Source of the DNA: Alphaproteobacteria bacterium
GTDB taxonomy: Bacteria > Pseudomonadota > Alphaproteobacteria > SP197
Assembly: GCA_965228895.1 (NCBI GenBank)
Contig: OZ245842.1
Coordinates: 5,312,001 to 5,376,000 of the forward strand
DNA: 64,000 bases
Direction of reading: 5' to 3'
Shown here: positions 38,000-48,422 of the stretch, piece by piece
Layout of the letters: every line of letters starts with the position of its first letter
How positions within the stretch are numbered: the stretch's first letter is position 1
Notes under the pieces: model-generated
What the model saw: only the letters and a program-made list of their open reading frames with translations
What the model was told of the DNA's origin: nothing
The model's database searches: none
Made by a program: the position numbers and the translations under genes

Positions 38000-39229
38000 A
38001 TGGAAAAACGGCATGTGTGGCCGGACGATCATTGGAACTGGCCGATCACGATCTGCCACAAGCACGGGGTGCGTTGCGGTGAGATGATCTGGGTCGGCGG
38101 TCAGGTCGACCTGACGCCCGAAGGCGTGGTGCGGCATGCCGATGATCTGCCAACCCAGACGAAAGAGGTCATGGCCTATTTCGACCGGGTGCTCCGCGAC
38201 CTCGGCGCCGATCTTACCGACCTCGTGACCTTGCACTGTTTCTATGTCAACGACGGTTCGCTCAACGAAGCGGCGTTCCTCAAGATGGTCGGCGACACCT
38301 TGCCCGAAGGCGCCAAGCCGGCGGTCTCCGCGATACCGGTTCCCTATCTCGGCTATGCCGGCATGCGTGTCGAGATCGAAGGCTACGCCATGCTGGGCAA
38401 AGACGGCGCCAAACTTGCGCGCACCTATGCGCCGGACGATGGCGCGGGCGCCTTGCCGGTGCCTTTCGCGCGGGCGGTTCGCTGCGGCAAGATGATCTTC
38501 GTCAGCGCCCAGGCGCCGGTCGACGAGACGGGCGCGGTGATGGCCACAGGCGATATCGTGGCCCAGACCAAGCAGGTCATGAAACAGGTTGGCGACGCTC
38601 TTGGCGCGTTCGGTGCCGGCTACGACGACGTCGTCAAGATCAGCCGCTGGTATGCCGGCAATGTCGGCATCGACGATTTTGAACCGGCAGCGCTCGCCTG
38701 CGCCGGCCACTTTAACGAACCGGGACCGGCGGCGACCGGCATCCCGGTGCCGCGTCACGCCAACAGTGACGTCAAGATCAAGATCGGCGTGGTCGCCATG
38801 CTGGGCGAGGACGGCAGCCGCCTGCCGCGCAAGCACGTGTGGCCGGATTCGCTATGGGATTGGCACGTCCACCTGCCCTACAAACATGGCCTGAAATGCG
38901 AGGAGATGATCTTCCTGGGCGGCCAGGTCTCGCTCAACAAGAAGGGCGAAGCGGTGCATCCCGACGACCTGACGGCCCAGACCCATCAGGCCATGGAGCA
39001 TATCGGCACGATCCTGAACGAGCTGGGCGCGGACTATGACGATGTCTGCAAGGTGCTGGCGTTCTATCAGGGCGATTGCGGACCGGACGCGTTGCACGCC
39101 AATCTGCCGGTGCGCGCGTCCTATTTCTCCGATCCCGGCCCGGCGACAACCGGCATTCCCTTGCCGGCGTTGGCCTATCCGTCGATGGTCATCGAGATCG
39201 ATATCTTCGCCATGAAGGAAAAGGACTAG
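38000..39229 (+). CDS. Rid (YjgF/YER057c/UK114) protein with three tandem domains
   Basis: Three repeats of MIxx(GG/SA)Q...QT..M...PA...(VEI/IKI/IEI). Confidence 0.85.
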   Translation: MEKRHVWPDDHWNWPITICHKHGVRCGEMIWVGGQVDLTPEGVVRHADDLPTQTKEVMAYFDRVLRDLGADLTDLVTLHCFYVNDGSLNEAAFLKMVGDTLPEGAKPAVSAIPVPYLGYAGMRVEIEGYAMLGKDGAKLARTYAPDDGAGALPVPFARAVRCGKMIFVSAQAPVDETGAVMATGDIVAQTKQVMKQVGDALGAFGAGYDDVVKISRWYAGNVGIDDFEPAALACAGHFNEPGPAATGIPVPRHANSDVKIKIGVVAMLGEDGSRLPRKHVWPDSLWDWHVHLPYKHGLKCEEMIFLGGQVSLNKKGEAVHPDDLTAQTHQAMEHIGTILNELGADYDDVCKVLAFYQGDCGPDALHANLPVRASYFSDPGPATTGIPLPALAYPSMVIEIDIFAMKEKD

Positions 39230-39239
39230 CCGCCTCTGT

Positions 39240-39758
39240 TCAGGCGACGTCGCGTGGCGTCGGTCCAAGCGACCCGGCCAGCCATTCATCGATGGTTTGT
39301 GCCAGACAGGTCGGCAGGATCACGTCGTTGGTCGCGGCAAGCGCGTCACGCGTCCACCATCTGACATCGCGCAGAAAGCCGAGCTCGTCCGCATGCTGGC
39401 GCGAAATATCGACGTCCGGTTCGATCGCCGCGTGCCGGGCGATGAACAGATGCTCGATGCATGCGGTGTGAACGCCCGCGATCAGCAGGTCATAACGGCG
39501 GCGCAGAACCGGCCCGTCGAACGTGATGCCCGTGAAACCGGTTTCCTCAAACAGTTCGCGCGACGCCGTCTGTTGCAGGCTTTCGCCGGCTTCCATGCCG
39601 CCGCCGGGCGTCACCCAGTAATCGACGAGGCCGGGATCGTTGGGATCGACATAGTGATGATCGTCGACATAGCGAAGCAACAGCGTGTTCGCGGCTCCGT
39701 CGAGCAGGATCACGCGCGCCGACCGGCGCACGGGCGAGTCGGTCGGGCGTTTGCTCAC
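39240..39758 (-). CDS. NUDIX hydrolase
   Basis: TPGGGMEAGESLQQTASRELFEETG; GTG start overlapping the yihY stop. Confidence 0.88.
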   Translation of the reverse strand: MSKRPTDSPVRRSARVILLDGAANTLLLRYVDDHHYVDPNDPGLVDYWVTPGGGMEAGESLQQTASRELFEETGFTGITFDGPVLRRRYDLLIAGVHTACIEHLFIARHAAIEPDVDISRQHADELGFLRDVRWWTRDALAATNDVILPTCLAQTIDEWLAGSLGPTPRDVA

Positions 39759-40645
39759 GACGAACGTTCGCTGCGGGCATGCATGATCGACGAATTGAGC
39801 TCCGCGCCAAAGATGAAGACCAGCGCGCTGACGAAGAAGAACATCAACGCGCCGATGACGCCGCCCAGACTGCCATAGGTGACGGAGTAATTGCCGATGT
39901 TGCCGAGGTAGAGCGAATAGAGCGTCGCGACGGCCAGCCAGGCTAAGCAGGCGAACAGCGCGCCCGGCAGCACGTTGAACCATCGCTGACGTACGTTGGG
40001 CAGGAAACGGTAGAGCAGGCAGATAACCAGAAACAGGCCAAGCGCGCCGGTGGCGTAGCGGATGGTGTTGTAGAGCCCGTAGACATCGTCAGGGATCTCG
40101 AACAGGTAGTTTACGGTGTGCCAGATCAACGGCCCGATGACGATCGTGATCATGACGACGAGGATCGCCATGGCGCCCGCCACGACGAAGGCCAGCCCCT
40201 GCAAGCGGCGCCACCAGAAGGGACGTCGGCTCGGTACGCCATAGGCGCGGTCGAGCGCGGTGCGGACCGCCTCGACACCCGATGACGAAACCCAGAGCGT
40301 GCCGAGCAAGCTGATGGTCAAGATGCCGTCCTGGGGCGGCTGCAAGACGATGGCGGAAACGACGGGATAGAGCGCGCGCCCGACCTCGACCGGCAGATAC
40401 TCGAAAGCGTAGGCAATGAAATCCTTAACCTGATCGGTCTGACCGACAATGCCCGACAGCGACACCAGGAACACGATGAAGGGAAACAGGGCGAGCAAGG
40501 CGCTGAACGCCATGTAACCGGCCAGCGATGGGCCCTCGTGTGCGAAGAAACGGGTGATCGCCCGCCACACGGTGTGCCAGACCGACATCAGGACCCCGTG
40601 CCGCGCCGGTCTCGTGTGGTCGGTTTGGTCCACAGGTTGAGCCAT
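39755..40645 (-). CDS. YihY / BrkB family membrane protein
   Basis: LLALFPF, LYRFLPN, YGSLGGVI, FGAELN. Confidence 0.88.
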   Translation of the reverse strand: MAQPVDQTDHTRPARHGVLMSVWHTVWRAITRFFAHEGPSLAGYMAFSALLALFPFIVFLVSLSGIVGQTDQVKDFIAYAFEYLPVEVGRALYPVVSAIVLQPPQDGILTISLLGTLWVSSSGVEAVRTALDRAYGVPSRRPFWWRRLQGLAFVVAGAMAILVVMITIVIGPLIWHTVNYLFEIPDDVYGLYNTIRYATGALGLFLVICLLYRFLPNVRQRWFNVLPGALFACLAWLAVATLYSLYLGNIGNYSVTYGSLGGVIGALMFFFVSALVFIFGAELNSSIMHARSERSS

Positions 40646-40725
40646 CTGTGCCAATTTCGGCCAGACCGCCGCTCACGGCAAGCCCCGCGCGCCAAGCCGG
40701 GACTCATTGGATGTGCAGAAAAGCA

Positions 40726-40759
40726 AAGGGCCGGGAACCCCTAAGGATCCCCGGCCCTT
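40726..40759 (-). terminator. Intrinsic terminator
   Basis: AAGGGCCGGG...CCCGGCCCTT followed on the minus strand by TGCTTTTCT. Confidence 0.7.
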
Positions 40760-40788
40760 CTAACACCGCCGATACCGCAGATTGGGGA

Positions 40789-41094
40789 TCAGGTGGTAGA
40801 CGGGAGATTCTCAACGGGGGGTAGCCCGTGAGACACTGCGCAGCTCAGCGTCCCGTCATTCTCGGCGGTGCATAGGGTGACCTCACCGGTCGTCTCGTTC
40901 AGGCGCAGAATCCCGTCCTCGGTGTTGCCGAGGATGCGGTACGCCTCTGCTTGTGGCTGGCTGTCGCCGGCCACCGATTGTGCGATAGTGACGGAGGCAA
41001 ATGTCGCGAGCGCCATCGTCGTGCCGATGATGGCGATATAGCGCCGGGCCGTTTTCCGCGCCTGTGCCTCGGTCATTGTCTCAATCTGGTACAT
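40789..41094 (-). CDS. Small exported hypothetical protein
   Basis: Signal-like N-terminus, ILRLNETTGEVTLC...C; own terminator. Confidence 0.6.
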   Translation of the reverse strand: MYQIETMTEAQARKTARRYIAIIGTTMALATFASVTIAQSVAGDSQPQAEAYRILGNTEDGILRLNETTGEVTLCTAENDGTLSCAVSHGLPPVENLPSTT

Positions 41095-41346
41095 ACTGGT
41101 CCCTAAACCTGACTTACCCTGACAACCGATCGCGCTATCGGCCGTCCCTGGTGATGAGTTGAGCAAGCGCTGTGCCAATCCACTGTGCTTGCGGTCACGA
41201 AGCGCTTCCCTTAAACAGCCGCGCCGGGGGCGCGGTCTGGATAAGTCATCGCAGACTTGCGCTAACTCGTTGATCAAAGGTGATTTTTTGTACCAGGGCG
41301 AAACTGGCGATGCCGTGCCCTGAACCGTTCGGGCGGAAGGAAGAGC

Positions 41347-42552
41347 ATGGAAAAGGTTAACAAGGTTGTCCTCGCCTATTCGGGCGGGCTCGACACATCG
41401 GTCATTTTGCGTTGGTTGCAGGACACCTATGACTGCGAGGTCGTGACCTTCACCGCCGATCTCGGACAGGGCGAGGAGTTGGAACCGGCCCGCCAAAAGG
41501 CCGAGATGATGGGGATCAAGGAGATCTTCGTCGAAGATCTGCGCGAGGAGTTTGTGCGCGACTATGTCTTCCCGATGTTCCGCGCCAACGCGGTCTATGA
41601 AGGCGTCTATCTGCTCGGCACCTCGATCGCGCGCCCGCTGATCGCCAAGCGCCAAATCGAGATCGCCGCGGAAACCGGCGCCGATGCGGTTGCCCATGGC
41701 GCGACCGGCAAGGGCAACGATCAGGTTCGTTTCGAACTCAGCTACTACGCGCTTAACCCAGATATCAGCGTGATCGCGCCGTGGCGCGCCTGGGACCTGA
41801 CGTCACGCAATCGGCTGATCGAGTTCGCCGAAAAACATCAGATCCCGATCCCCAAGGACAAGCGCGGCGAGGCGCCGTTCTCCGTCGATGCCAACCTGCT
41901 GCACATTTCCGCCGAAGGCAAAATTCTGGAGGACCCGGCCGACGAGGCGCCGGAATACGTCTATTCGCGTACGGTCGCACCGGAAGACGCGCCGGATACC
42001 GCGCAGATCATCGAGATCGGTTTCGAGGCCGGCGATCCCGTTTCCGTTGATGGCCAGACGCTGTCGCCGGCGGCGCTGTTGACCAAGCTCAACGAGCTCG
42101 GCGGCGCCCATGGCATCGGCCGTCTCGACCTGGTCGAGAACCGGTTCGTCGGTATGAAGAGCCGCGGTATCTACGAAACGCCCGGCGGTACTGTCCTGGC
42201 CGTCGCGCATCGGGCCATCGAATCCATCACGCTCGATCGCGGCGCGGCGCACCTGAAGGACGAGCTGATGCCGCGCTATGCCGAGCTCATCTATAACGGT
42301 TTCTGGTTTTCGCCCGAGCGGCGCATGCTGCAGGCGCTGATCGACCGCAGCCAGGAAGGTGTCTCGGGTAGTGTGCGTCTGAAGCTCTACAAGGGCAGCG
42401 CGACCGTGGTCGGGCGCGAGTCACCGAACTCGCTCTATAGCCTGGAACACGTCACCTTCGAGGAAGACGCGGTCTATGACCAGCGTGACGCCGAAGGATT
42501 CATCAAACTCAACGCGCTGCGCCTGCGCCTCGATCGCCGCCGCCAGGGTTAG
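41347..42552 (+). CDS. argG: Argininosuccinate synthase
   Basis: [35 protein letters not shown]. Confidence 0.97.
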   Translation: MEKVNKVVLAYSGGLDTSVILRWLQDTYDCEVVTFTADLGQGEELEPARQKAEMMGIKEIFVEDLREEFVRDYVFPMFRANAVYEGVYLLGTSIARPLIAKRQIEIAAETGADAVAHGATGKGNDQVRFELSYYALNPDISVIAPWRAWDLTSRNRLIEFAEKHQIPIPKDKRGEAPFSVDANLLHISAEGKILEDPADEAPEYVYSRTVAPEDAPDTAQIIEIGFEAGDPVSVDGQTLSPAALLTKLNELGGAHGIGRLDLVENRFVGMKSRGIYETPGGTVLAVAHRAIESITLDRGAAHLKDELMPRYAELIYNGFWFSPERRMLQALIDRSQEGVSGSVRLKLYKGSATVVGRESPNSLYSLEHVTFEEDAVYDQRDAEGFIKLNALRLRLDRRRQG

Positions 42553-42554
42553 CG

Positions 42555-42977
42555 CTACGTCACCAGGCCGAGACCCTGGAAGAAGCGGTACTTGTCCCAG
42601 TCGACCCAGCTCTCGACGATCTTGCCGTCGGCGAACCGATCGATCTGAACGCCGGTCCAGGTGATCGTCTTGCCGGTCGGCGCGGCGCCCATGAACGCGC
42701 CCGTGTGCGTCGCGGTGAACGCCCAGCGTGTCGCAACCAGATCGCCTTCGGCAACCTGCATCAAGATGCGGGTCGATGCCGGCGACAGCTTGGCGATGTG
42801 GTTGGCGACCAGTGCTTTCCATCGCTCGAGATCGATCGCCTCGACTTGGCCCTCGATATGGGACTCCTGATGGTTGACGTAACCGGCGGCAAAGATGTCC
42901 TCGGCCTTGTCTGTGCTGTCGCTACCCCACAATCCGTTGGCACGGCGCGAAAGGGCCTTCATGTCGTCGAGCGTCAT
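42555..42977 (-). CDS. SnoaL-like ester cyclase (NTF2 fold)
   Basis: AEGDLVATRW, THTGAFMGAAPTGK, DGKIVESW. Confidence 0.85.
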   Translation of the reverse strand: MTLDDMKALSRRANGLWGSDSTDKAEDIFAAGYVNHQESHIEGQVEAIDLERWKALVANHIAKLSPASTRILMQVAEGDLVATRWAFTATHTGAFMGAAPTGKTITWTGVQIDRFADGKIVESWVDWDKYRFFQGLGLVT

Positions 42978-43008
42978 CGATCTTCCCCCTATCGGTCGTA
43001 GCCGCCTG

Positions 43009-45093
43009 TCAAAGTCCCGTTGTGCAAGGCAGCGGCGGTTCGAAGTCGGCCGGGACCTGTTCCACGCGGAACGGCAGCATCGGTTTCTCCGGGGTGTCCA
43101 GACCACGTGCCCAGTCGTGGCCGGCGAAAACGGCTTCGGCGATCAGGCCTGGCGCCAGGCAGTCGCCGATACGGGTCAACGTGCGGATACCGGCGACCTC
43201 GAGCTTGACGCGGTCTGCGGCAAGGTCGGCATAAAGGCCGTCCTCGGCCGCACGCATGGCGACCATGACGACTGTCGCGGCCTCAAGACGCTGGGCGGGT
43301 TCGCCGAACACGCCGGCAATCGCGACGTCGTCATCGTCGATGGCGGCAATCGCGTGGCCAGCGACAATCGGAATGCCCAGCGCGACAAGTGTCGACTGCA
43401 CGCGGTGCTGGTCGAAGCCGTAGTCGCTCCAATGGGAGATGAGCGGCGCGGGGGTCACGATGGTGACATCATGGCCGGCATTGCGCAGCATTTCCGCGAT
43501 CGCCGGACCGACCGCGTAGCGATCGTCGTCATAGATCACGACCGGGCCGTTGACCGATGCGCCGGCCATCACGTCGCCTGCGGAGATGACGTGGGTTTTG
43601 TCCGCGCCTGGAATCGGCCGAACGTGATGATGGCCGACGCCGTCCTTGCGCCAGGTCGCACCGGTCGCGATGGCGACATGGGTGGCGCCGAACGCCAACA
43701 CATCGTCGGCTGACAGGTGACTGTCGAGATAGGTCTCGACACTGGCCATCGGCTGGATCTGGCCGACGCGCCAGTCGCGCACCCGTGCCCATTCGTTGAG
43801 CCGGGGCAGGCGCGCCAGCGCATTCAGATGACCGCCAAGCTCGGTGCCGGCATCCGCAAGCGCCACGGCATAACCGCGCTGGCCGGCGGCCCGTGCGGCC
43901 TCCAGACCGGCCGGACCGGCGCCGACCACCAGCACCTGGTCCGCCGCGCCCTTGGCCGGGATGACTTCAGGATGCCAACCACGACGCCACTCCTCGCCCA
44001 TGGTCGGGTTCTGGGTGCAGCGCAGCGGCGTATTCAGCGAGTGGGACGAGAGGCAAATGTTGCAGCCGATGCATTCGCGAATGTCGTCGGTGCGGCCCTC
44101 GCGGATCTTGTTGGGCAGGAACGGATCGGCGATCGAGGCGCGCGCGCAGCCGACCAGATCGACGATGCCTTTCTTCACCGCCGCCAGCATGGCGTCCGGG
44201 CTGGTATAGCGGCCGCAGCCGACGACCGGTTTCGTGGTCATCTGCTTGACGAAGGCGATGTGCGGTTCTTCCCAACCTTCCTTTTCGAAGCGCGACGTCG
44301 CCATATCATCGGGTCCGCCGGCGTTGACATCCCAGAGGTCCGGCACCTCGGCCAGCATCTCGACCACGGCGCGGCCGTCGTCGCCGGTGATGCCGTCGCC
44401 GTCGATCAGTTCGTCGACGCAGAAACGAATTGCGACCGCCGCCTTGCCGTCGGCGACCTCCATGGTCTCTTCCAAGACCTCGCGGGTCAGGCGCGCACGG
44501 TTCTCGACCGAACCGCCGTACTCGTCCGTGCGCTGGTTCACGCGCGGCGACAGGAAGTCGGTGAACAGCGTCAGGCTGTGGCCGACATAGACAAAGACGA
44601 TATCGAAACCGGCGGTGATCGCGCGTGTAACACCGTCGCGGTGCCAGCGCCGGAACGCCGCGATGTCGGTCTTGTCCATAACCTGGGCCTGGCCGTAATA
44701 GTCTTTCGGTAGGGTCGGGCGCGGGCTGGGCGAGATCACCGGCATGCGCGTCAGCCGGTTGTGGCCGAAGACGCCGGTGTGCATGGTTTCACAACCGGCC
44801 AACGCGCCATGTCTCTTGATCGCCTCGACGGTCAGCGCGTTCGCCTTGATGTCTTCGTCATGCCACAGGCGTGCGGCCGGACGCGGGCCGGGATCACCGG
44901 TCGGATGGATCGAACAGTATTCGGTATTGACGACACCCCAACCGCCCTCGGCCTTCATGCCGCGCAAGGCCGCAACCGTGTGCGGCCATGTGATGCCGGC
45001 GCCGGTGCAGTGGGGTGTCTGGTAAAAGCGGTTCTTCGCGGTGACCGGCCCGATCGTGACCGGTGTGAACAGAACCTCGTAACGCTCGTCCAT
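43009..45093 (-). CDS. Trimethylamine/histamine dehydrogenase-like FMN/[4Fe-4S] oxidoreductase
   Basis: NRFYQTPHCTGAG, RTDEYGGS, RECIGCNIC, VVGAGPAGLE. Confidence 0.88.
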   Translation of the reverse strand: MDERYEVLFTPVTIGPVTAKNRFYQTPHCTGAGITWPHTVAALRGMKAEGGWGVVNTEYCSIHPTGDPGPRPAARLWHDEDIKANALTVEAIKRHGALAGCETMHTGVFGHNRLTRMPVISPSPRPTLPKDYYGQAQVMDKTDIAAFRRWHRDGVTRAITAGFDIVFVYVGHSLTLFTDFLSPRVNQRTDEYGGSVENRARLTREVLEETMEVADGKAAVAIRFCVDELIDGDGITGDDGRAVVEMLAEVPDLWDVNAGGPDDMATSRFEKEGWEEPHIAFVKQMTTKPVVGCGRYTSPDAMLAAVKKGIVDLVGCARASIADPFLPNKIREGRTDDIRECIGCNICLSSHSLNTPLRCTQNPTMGEEWRRGWHPEVIPAKGAADQVLVVGAGPAGLEAARAAGQRGYAVALADAGTELGGHLNALARLPRLNEWARVRDWRVGQIQPMASVETYLDSHLSADDVLAFGATHVAIATGATWRKDGVGHHHVRPIPGADKTHVISAGDVMAGASVNGPVVIYDDDRYAVGPAIAEMLRNAGHDVTIVTPAPLISHWSDYGFDQHRVQSTLVALGIPIVAGHAIAAIDDDDVAIAGVFGEPAQRLEAATVVMVAMRAAEDGLYADLAADRVKLEVAGIRTLTRIGDCLAPGLIAEAVFAGHDWARGLDTPEKPMLPFRVEQVPADFEPPLPCTTGL

Positions 45094-45361
45094 GGCCCTG
45101 TCTCCGCCTAGTTCGCGCAAGAACGTCTGTTAGGCGCAATCTTGCACGGCGTTTATCAGACTCAAACGCAATTCAAACCAGAGCGACTTGAAACTGGTTG
45201 CTTTCGTTGACCTATACTCCCGCAATGCGCAAAAACCGCCTATCGTACTAGTAGGTAAACTACCGCAGCGGTTGCTGATCGGGAGGTGCCTATTGGGGTG
45301 GCAATGGCCAAGTCCTCCAGCTCATCGTCAATACATGTGCGTGAAGAAGCGGAGCCGGTGA

Positions 45362-46111
45362 ATGAAGATTGCAGGACTGACCAAAGTGACTTTTTCGTCG
45401 GTCTTAGCGGCTTTGCTTCTATGTCCAACCGCGGCAAGTTCCGAAAAACTCAGGTTCAACAAGCCGGAGAAGTCTGCGGTAGTTAACATACTACTGGGAA
45501 AGAATCTCCCTGGTGAGGTTCACTTGGATTGGATGATTCGTTGGCAAGAAGTTATGCCAGTATTTCATATCGTATCGGACGAGAGTGGATTTGCGAGTGA
45601 TTACCTTGAGGAATTCGTCTCAGAAGTTCAGATGCACGAGGCTCTAGGAGCGACTATTTCGAACCAGAAGGTAAACGTATTGTTGGTAGTTTCAGAAGAT
45701 ATTGTGGCGGCCGCTCGTGAGCATAGGGAAGTGTTCTCTATGTTTTTTGTTGGTGACACTGAAGCAGAGCGGCTCGCAAGGGCCGATGAGTTCATTGAAC
45801 TTCAGTCGAATGAGAATGGATTCATGCAGATAGGCTTCGGCTCGGCGGAAGAGGGCATAGCAGGCGCAATGATGTTTCTTAAGTCGAGTGAAAATGCCTA
45901 TGCGGTTCGCTCAAGAATAGCCGCATTCTGCATGCGGGCACTCGGATTTCTTGGATCTTCGAACCCGGGTGTCCCGAGCGTTCTATCTAAAGTTCAGCCT
46001 ACCGACTGGCTGTCAGACTTTGATCTTCGACTGATCGAGTTCGTTTATGCTGGTAATGTAAACTCGGGTGACGGTGCCGAAGAGATACTGGAAGCACTAG
46101 GCGGCTACTAG
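45362..46111 (+). CDS. Hypothetical exported protein, lower GC, DUF2927-like C-terminus
   Basis: Signal peptide; ALGF..S..SVL...LSDFDLRLIEFVY; visibly AT-richer than the flanks. Confidence 0.6.
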   Translation: MKIAGLTKVTFSSVLAALLLCPTAASSEKLRFNKPEKSAVVNILLGKNLPGEVHLDWMIRWQEVMPVFHIVSDESGFASDYLEEFVSEVQMHEALGATISNQKVNVLLVVSEDIVAAAREHREVFSMFFVGDTEAERLARADEFIELQSNENGFMQIGFGSAEEGIAGAMMFLKSSENAYAVRSRIAAFCMRALGFLGSSNPGVPSVLSKVQPTDWLSDFDLRLIEFVYAGNVNSGDGAEEILEALGGY

Positions 46112-46135
46112 GTGCAGCCGCAAGCAGGTTCAGCG

Positions 46136-46780
46136 CTAGTAGTCGAGCCGGTCTTTGAGGTCGGAGAAGTCCAGCATGATGTGTTCGCGATAGGCCGGGC
46201 GTTCGCAAAGGCGTGCGTACCAAGCCTCAACCGCGGGAAGCTGCGGTCGCTCGATATCCAGCGCGAAGTAGCGGTAGAGCGACGTCGCTGCTGGAATGTC
46301 GGCCAGTGTCAGGTCGTCGTCGCCGAGGTAGGCTTTGTCTGCCAGTTGATCGTCGAGCAGGCGGTAACAGGCGGTGCAGCGCGCCATGGCGTCGGCGATG
46401 AAGGCGGCGTCGCGCCGGTCCTCCGGTGTCCGGTAGTAGCCCCAGAAGAGATCCATGAAGTCGGGCTCCAGGCGGGTGTGGCCCCAGTCCATCCAGCGTT
46501 CGATCTCGGACCGGCGTGCCGGATCGTCCGCCCAGAAGGTTCCATCGCCATGACGCGCGCCTAGATAGCGCAGAATGGTGTGGGATTCCCAAACGATCGT
46601 GCCGTCGTCGTCGATCACCGGAATGCGCCCGGTCGGGTTCATCGCCAGGAAGTCCGGGGTGTCGAGGCCGCCTGCCGCGCCGCCTGCATCGATATGTTGA
46701 TGGTCCAGGCCCAGTTCGCCGATCAGCCACAGAACCTTTTGGACGTTAAACGCGCTGCGCCGACCCCAGATCGTCAACAT
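46136..46780 (-). CDS. Glutathione S-transferase
   Basis: WGRRSAFNVQKV, NPTGRIP, WESHTILRYL, TLADI. Confidence 0.92.
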   Translation of the reverse strand: MLTIWGRRSAFNVQKVLWLIGELGLDHQHIDAGGAAGGLDTPDFLAMNPTGRIPVIDDDGTIVWESHTILRYLGARHGDGTFWADDPARRSEIERWMDWGHTRLEPDFMDLFWGYYRTPEDRRDAAFIADAMARCTACYRLLDDQLADKAYLGDDDLTLADIPAATSLYRYFALDIERPQLPAVEAWYARLCERPAYREHIMLDFSDLKDRLDY

Positions 46781-46980
46781 GGCTCATGATCTCCTTCGCG
46801 TCGGTTTGTGAAGCAGATTTCATGTTGGTTGAAGCAACGTGCGATGAAATCAAGATGGCTAAATCCGCGTGGTGTCGCAAACCTATAACTGGTTTACCGT
46901 CTTGGCGAGTTGCATGGCGATTGTTGCGACCGATCCGGCACGGGTCGGGCCGTGGCGCCACAACAAGACCGGGAGTATCT

Positions 46981-47577
46981 ATGACGACGTCTTGGGACGA
47001 ACACGCCACAGACTGGGAGCAACAGGAAGCCGTCCGTTTCTACGCGGATCAGGCGTTCGCGTCGTTACTCAGGCATGTCGTGGCCGGTGACGATGATTGT
47101 CGACGCAAGAACGTCCTGGACTTTGGCTGCGGCACAGGCCTTCTCACCGAAAAACTGGCGCCTATGGTCGCCCACGTTGTCGCCGTCGATACGTCGTCAA
47201 GCATGATCGATGTCTTGCGCGACAAGGCGATTGGCAATGTCAGTGCGGTGTGCGTGGATGTGGACGATCCCGCCGTGCGCTCGTCCGTGCCTTGGTTCGA
47301 AGACCTTGACCTTATTGTCGCGTCGTCGGTATGCGGGTTCTTACCCGACTACGAACGGACGCTTGCGATCTTGGCGGGGGCGTTGGGTGATTCCGGCCTG
47401 TTTGTGCAGTGGGACTGGTTGGCCGCAGCCGACGATGACGACGGTATGACGGTCGAGAGAGTGTCGAAGGCGTTCGACGATGTGGGCCTGACGTGCGTTT
47501 ACCTTGACGAGGCGTTTGCGATCACGCTCGACGGCCGGTCGATGCCGGTCTTGATGGGCGTCGCATCAGCGACGTGA
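46981..47577 (+). CDS. Class I SAM-dependent methyltransferase
   Basis: VLDFGCGTG, AVDTSSSM, DLIVASSV. Confidence 0.88.
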   Translation: MTTSWDEHATDWEQQEAVRFYADQAFASLLRHVVAGDDDCRRKNVLDFGCGTGLLTEKLAPMVAHVVAVDTSSSMIDVLRDKAIGNVSAVCVDVDDPAVRSSVPWFEDLDLIVASSVCGFLPDYERTLAILAGALGDSGLFVQWDWLAAADDDDGMTVERVSKAFDDVGLTCVYLDEAFAITLDGRSMPVLMGVASAT

Positions 47578-47614
47578 TGTGACGTCAGCGGATCTTGATC
47601 CATGCGCGCAGAAC

Positions 47615-48310
47615 TCAATGCGGTATCGGATTGACGCCGATGACAAGCTGATGGAACGAGACCAGCGCGACATAGGCGATCACCGCCAGCAGCACACGCC
47701 ACAAACCGATCTCGCGCCACACGAACTTGTTACGCCCGGCGATGATGGCAACGAAGGGCACGAAACTCGTGGACTGTTCGAAGCCGTCCCAGCTGCGCCC
47801 GAGCTGTTGGCGTTTGCGTGACTCCTGGCTCGCCGCGCCGGCAAAGGCGAGCAGGGCCAGGGCGCCGAAGAAGATCACCGAGGCGAGGTCGCCGTTGGAG
47901 ATCAGGTGCGCGATGGCCCATAACCCGATGCCCCAGAAAATCGGGTGGCGGGTGATGCGAAGAATGCCGGTGACGGTGTCGGGCTCGGAAAACAACCGCT
48001 CGGCCTGAACCGCGGTCGGGTTCGGCGTGGCGAACCCCAGAATGGCGAACAGCACGGCAAAGATCATGATCAGCCACGTCACCATCTTCATCCATGGCGC
48101 GGCGAACCAGAGTTCCTGATAGGGCGCGTCGGCATAGGCCCAGGCGAACCAGACGAGCGTTGCCAGGGCAAGACCGGAAAACAGGCCGAGATAGCCGGCC
48201 TCGGTCAACCAGCGCGACAAAAGGCCGCGCAACGGCGTTCCCGACAACAAAAAGTGGCTGCCCACAAAGGCGATCGCCGCAACGATCAGCCAAACCATGG
48301 TCCCGGTCAT
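47615..48310 (-). CDS. NnrU family membrane protein
   Basis: FVGSH, GILRITRHP, LWAIAHL..NGD, TSFVPF. Confidence 0.88.
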   Translation of the reverse strand: MTGTMVWLIVAAIAFVGSHFLLSGTPLRGLLSRWLTEAGYLGLFSGLALATLVWFAWAYADAPYQELWFAAPWMKMVTWLIMIFAVLFAILGFATPNPTAVQAERLFSEPDTVTGILRITRHPIFWGIGLWAIAHLISNGDLASVIFFGALALLAFAGAASQESRKRQQLGRSWDGFEQSTSFVPFVAIIAGRNKFVWREIGLWRVLLAVIAYVALVSFHQLVIGVNPIPH

Positions 48311-48422
48311 GCATCTCCCCTGATGATGGCATGTGGCCGCAGTCGTCCTTGAGGGCCAGCGGCCAGCCCCACTTGATCATATGGGTAGGCTTCTCGCTCC
48401 TGCCAGATTCGACAGGTGCGAT

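Noticed and set aside
40789-41697. 302-aa minus-strand ORF overlapping argG
   Set aside because: Only the last ~101 codons look like a real gene; the rest is argG antisense and promoter region.
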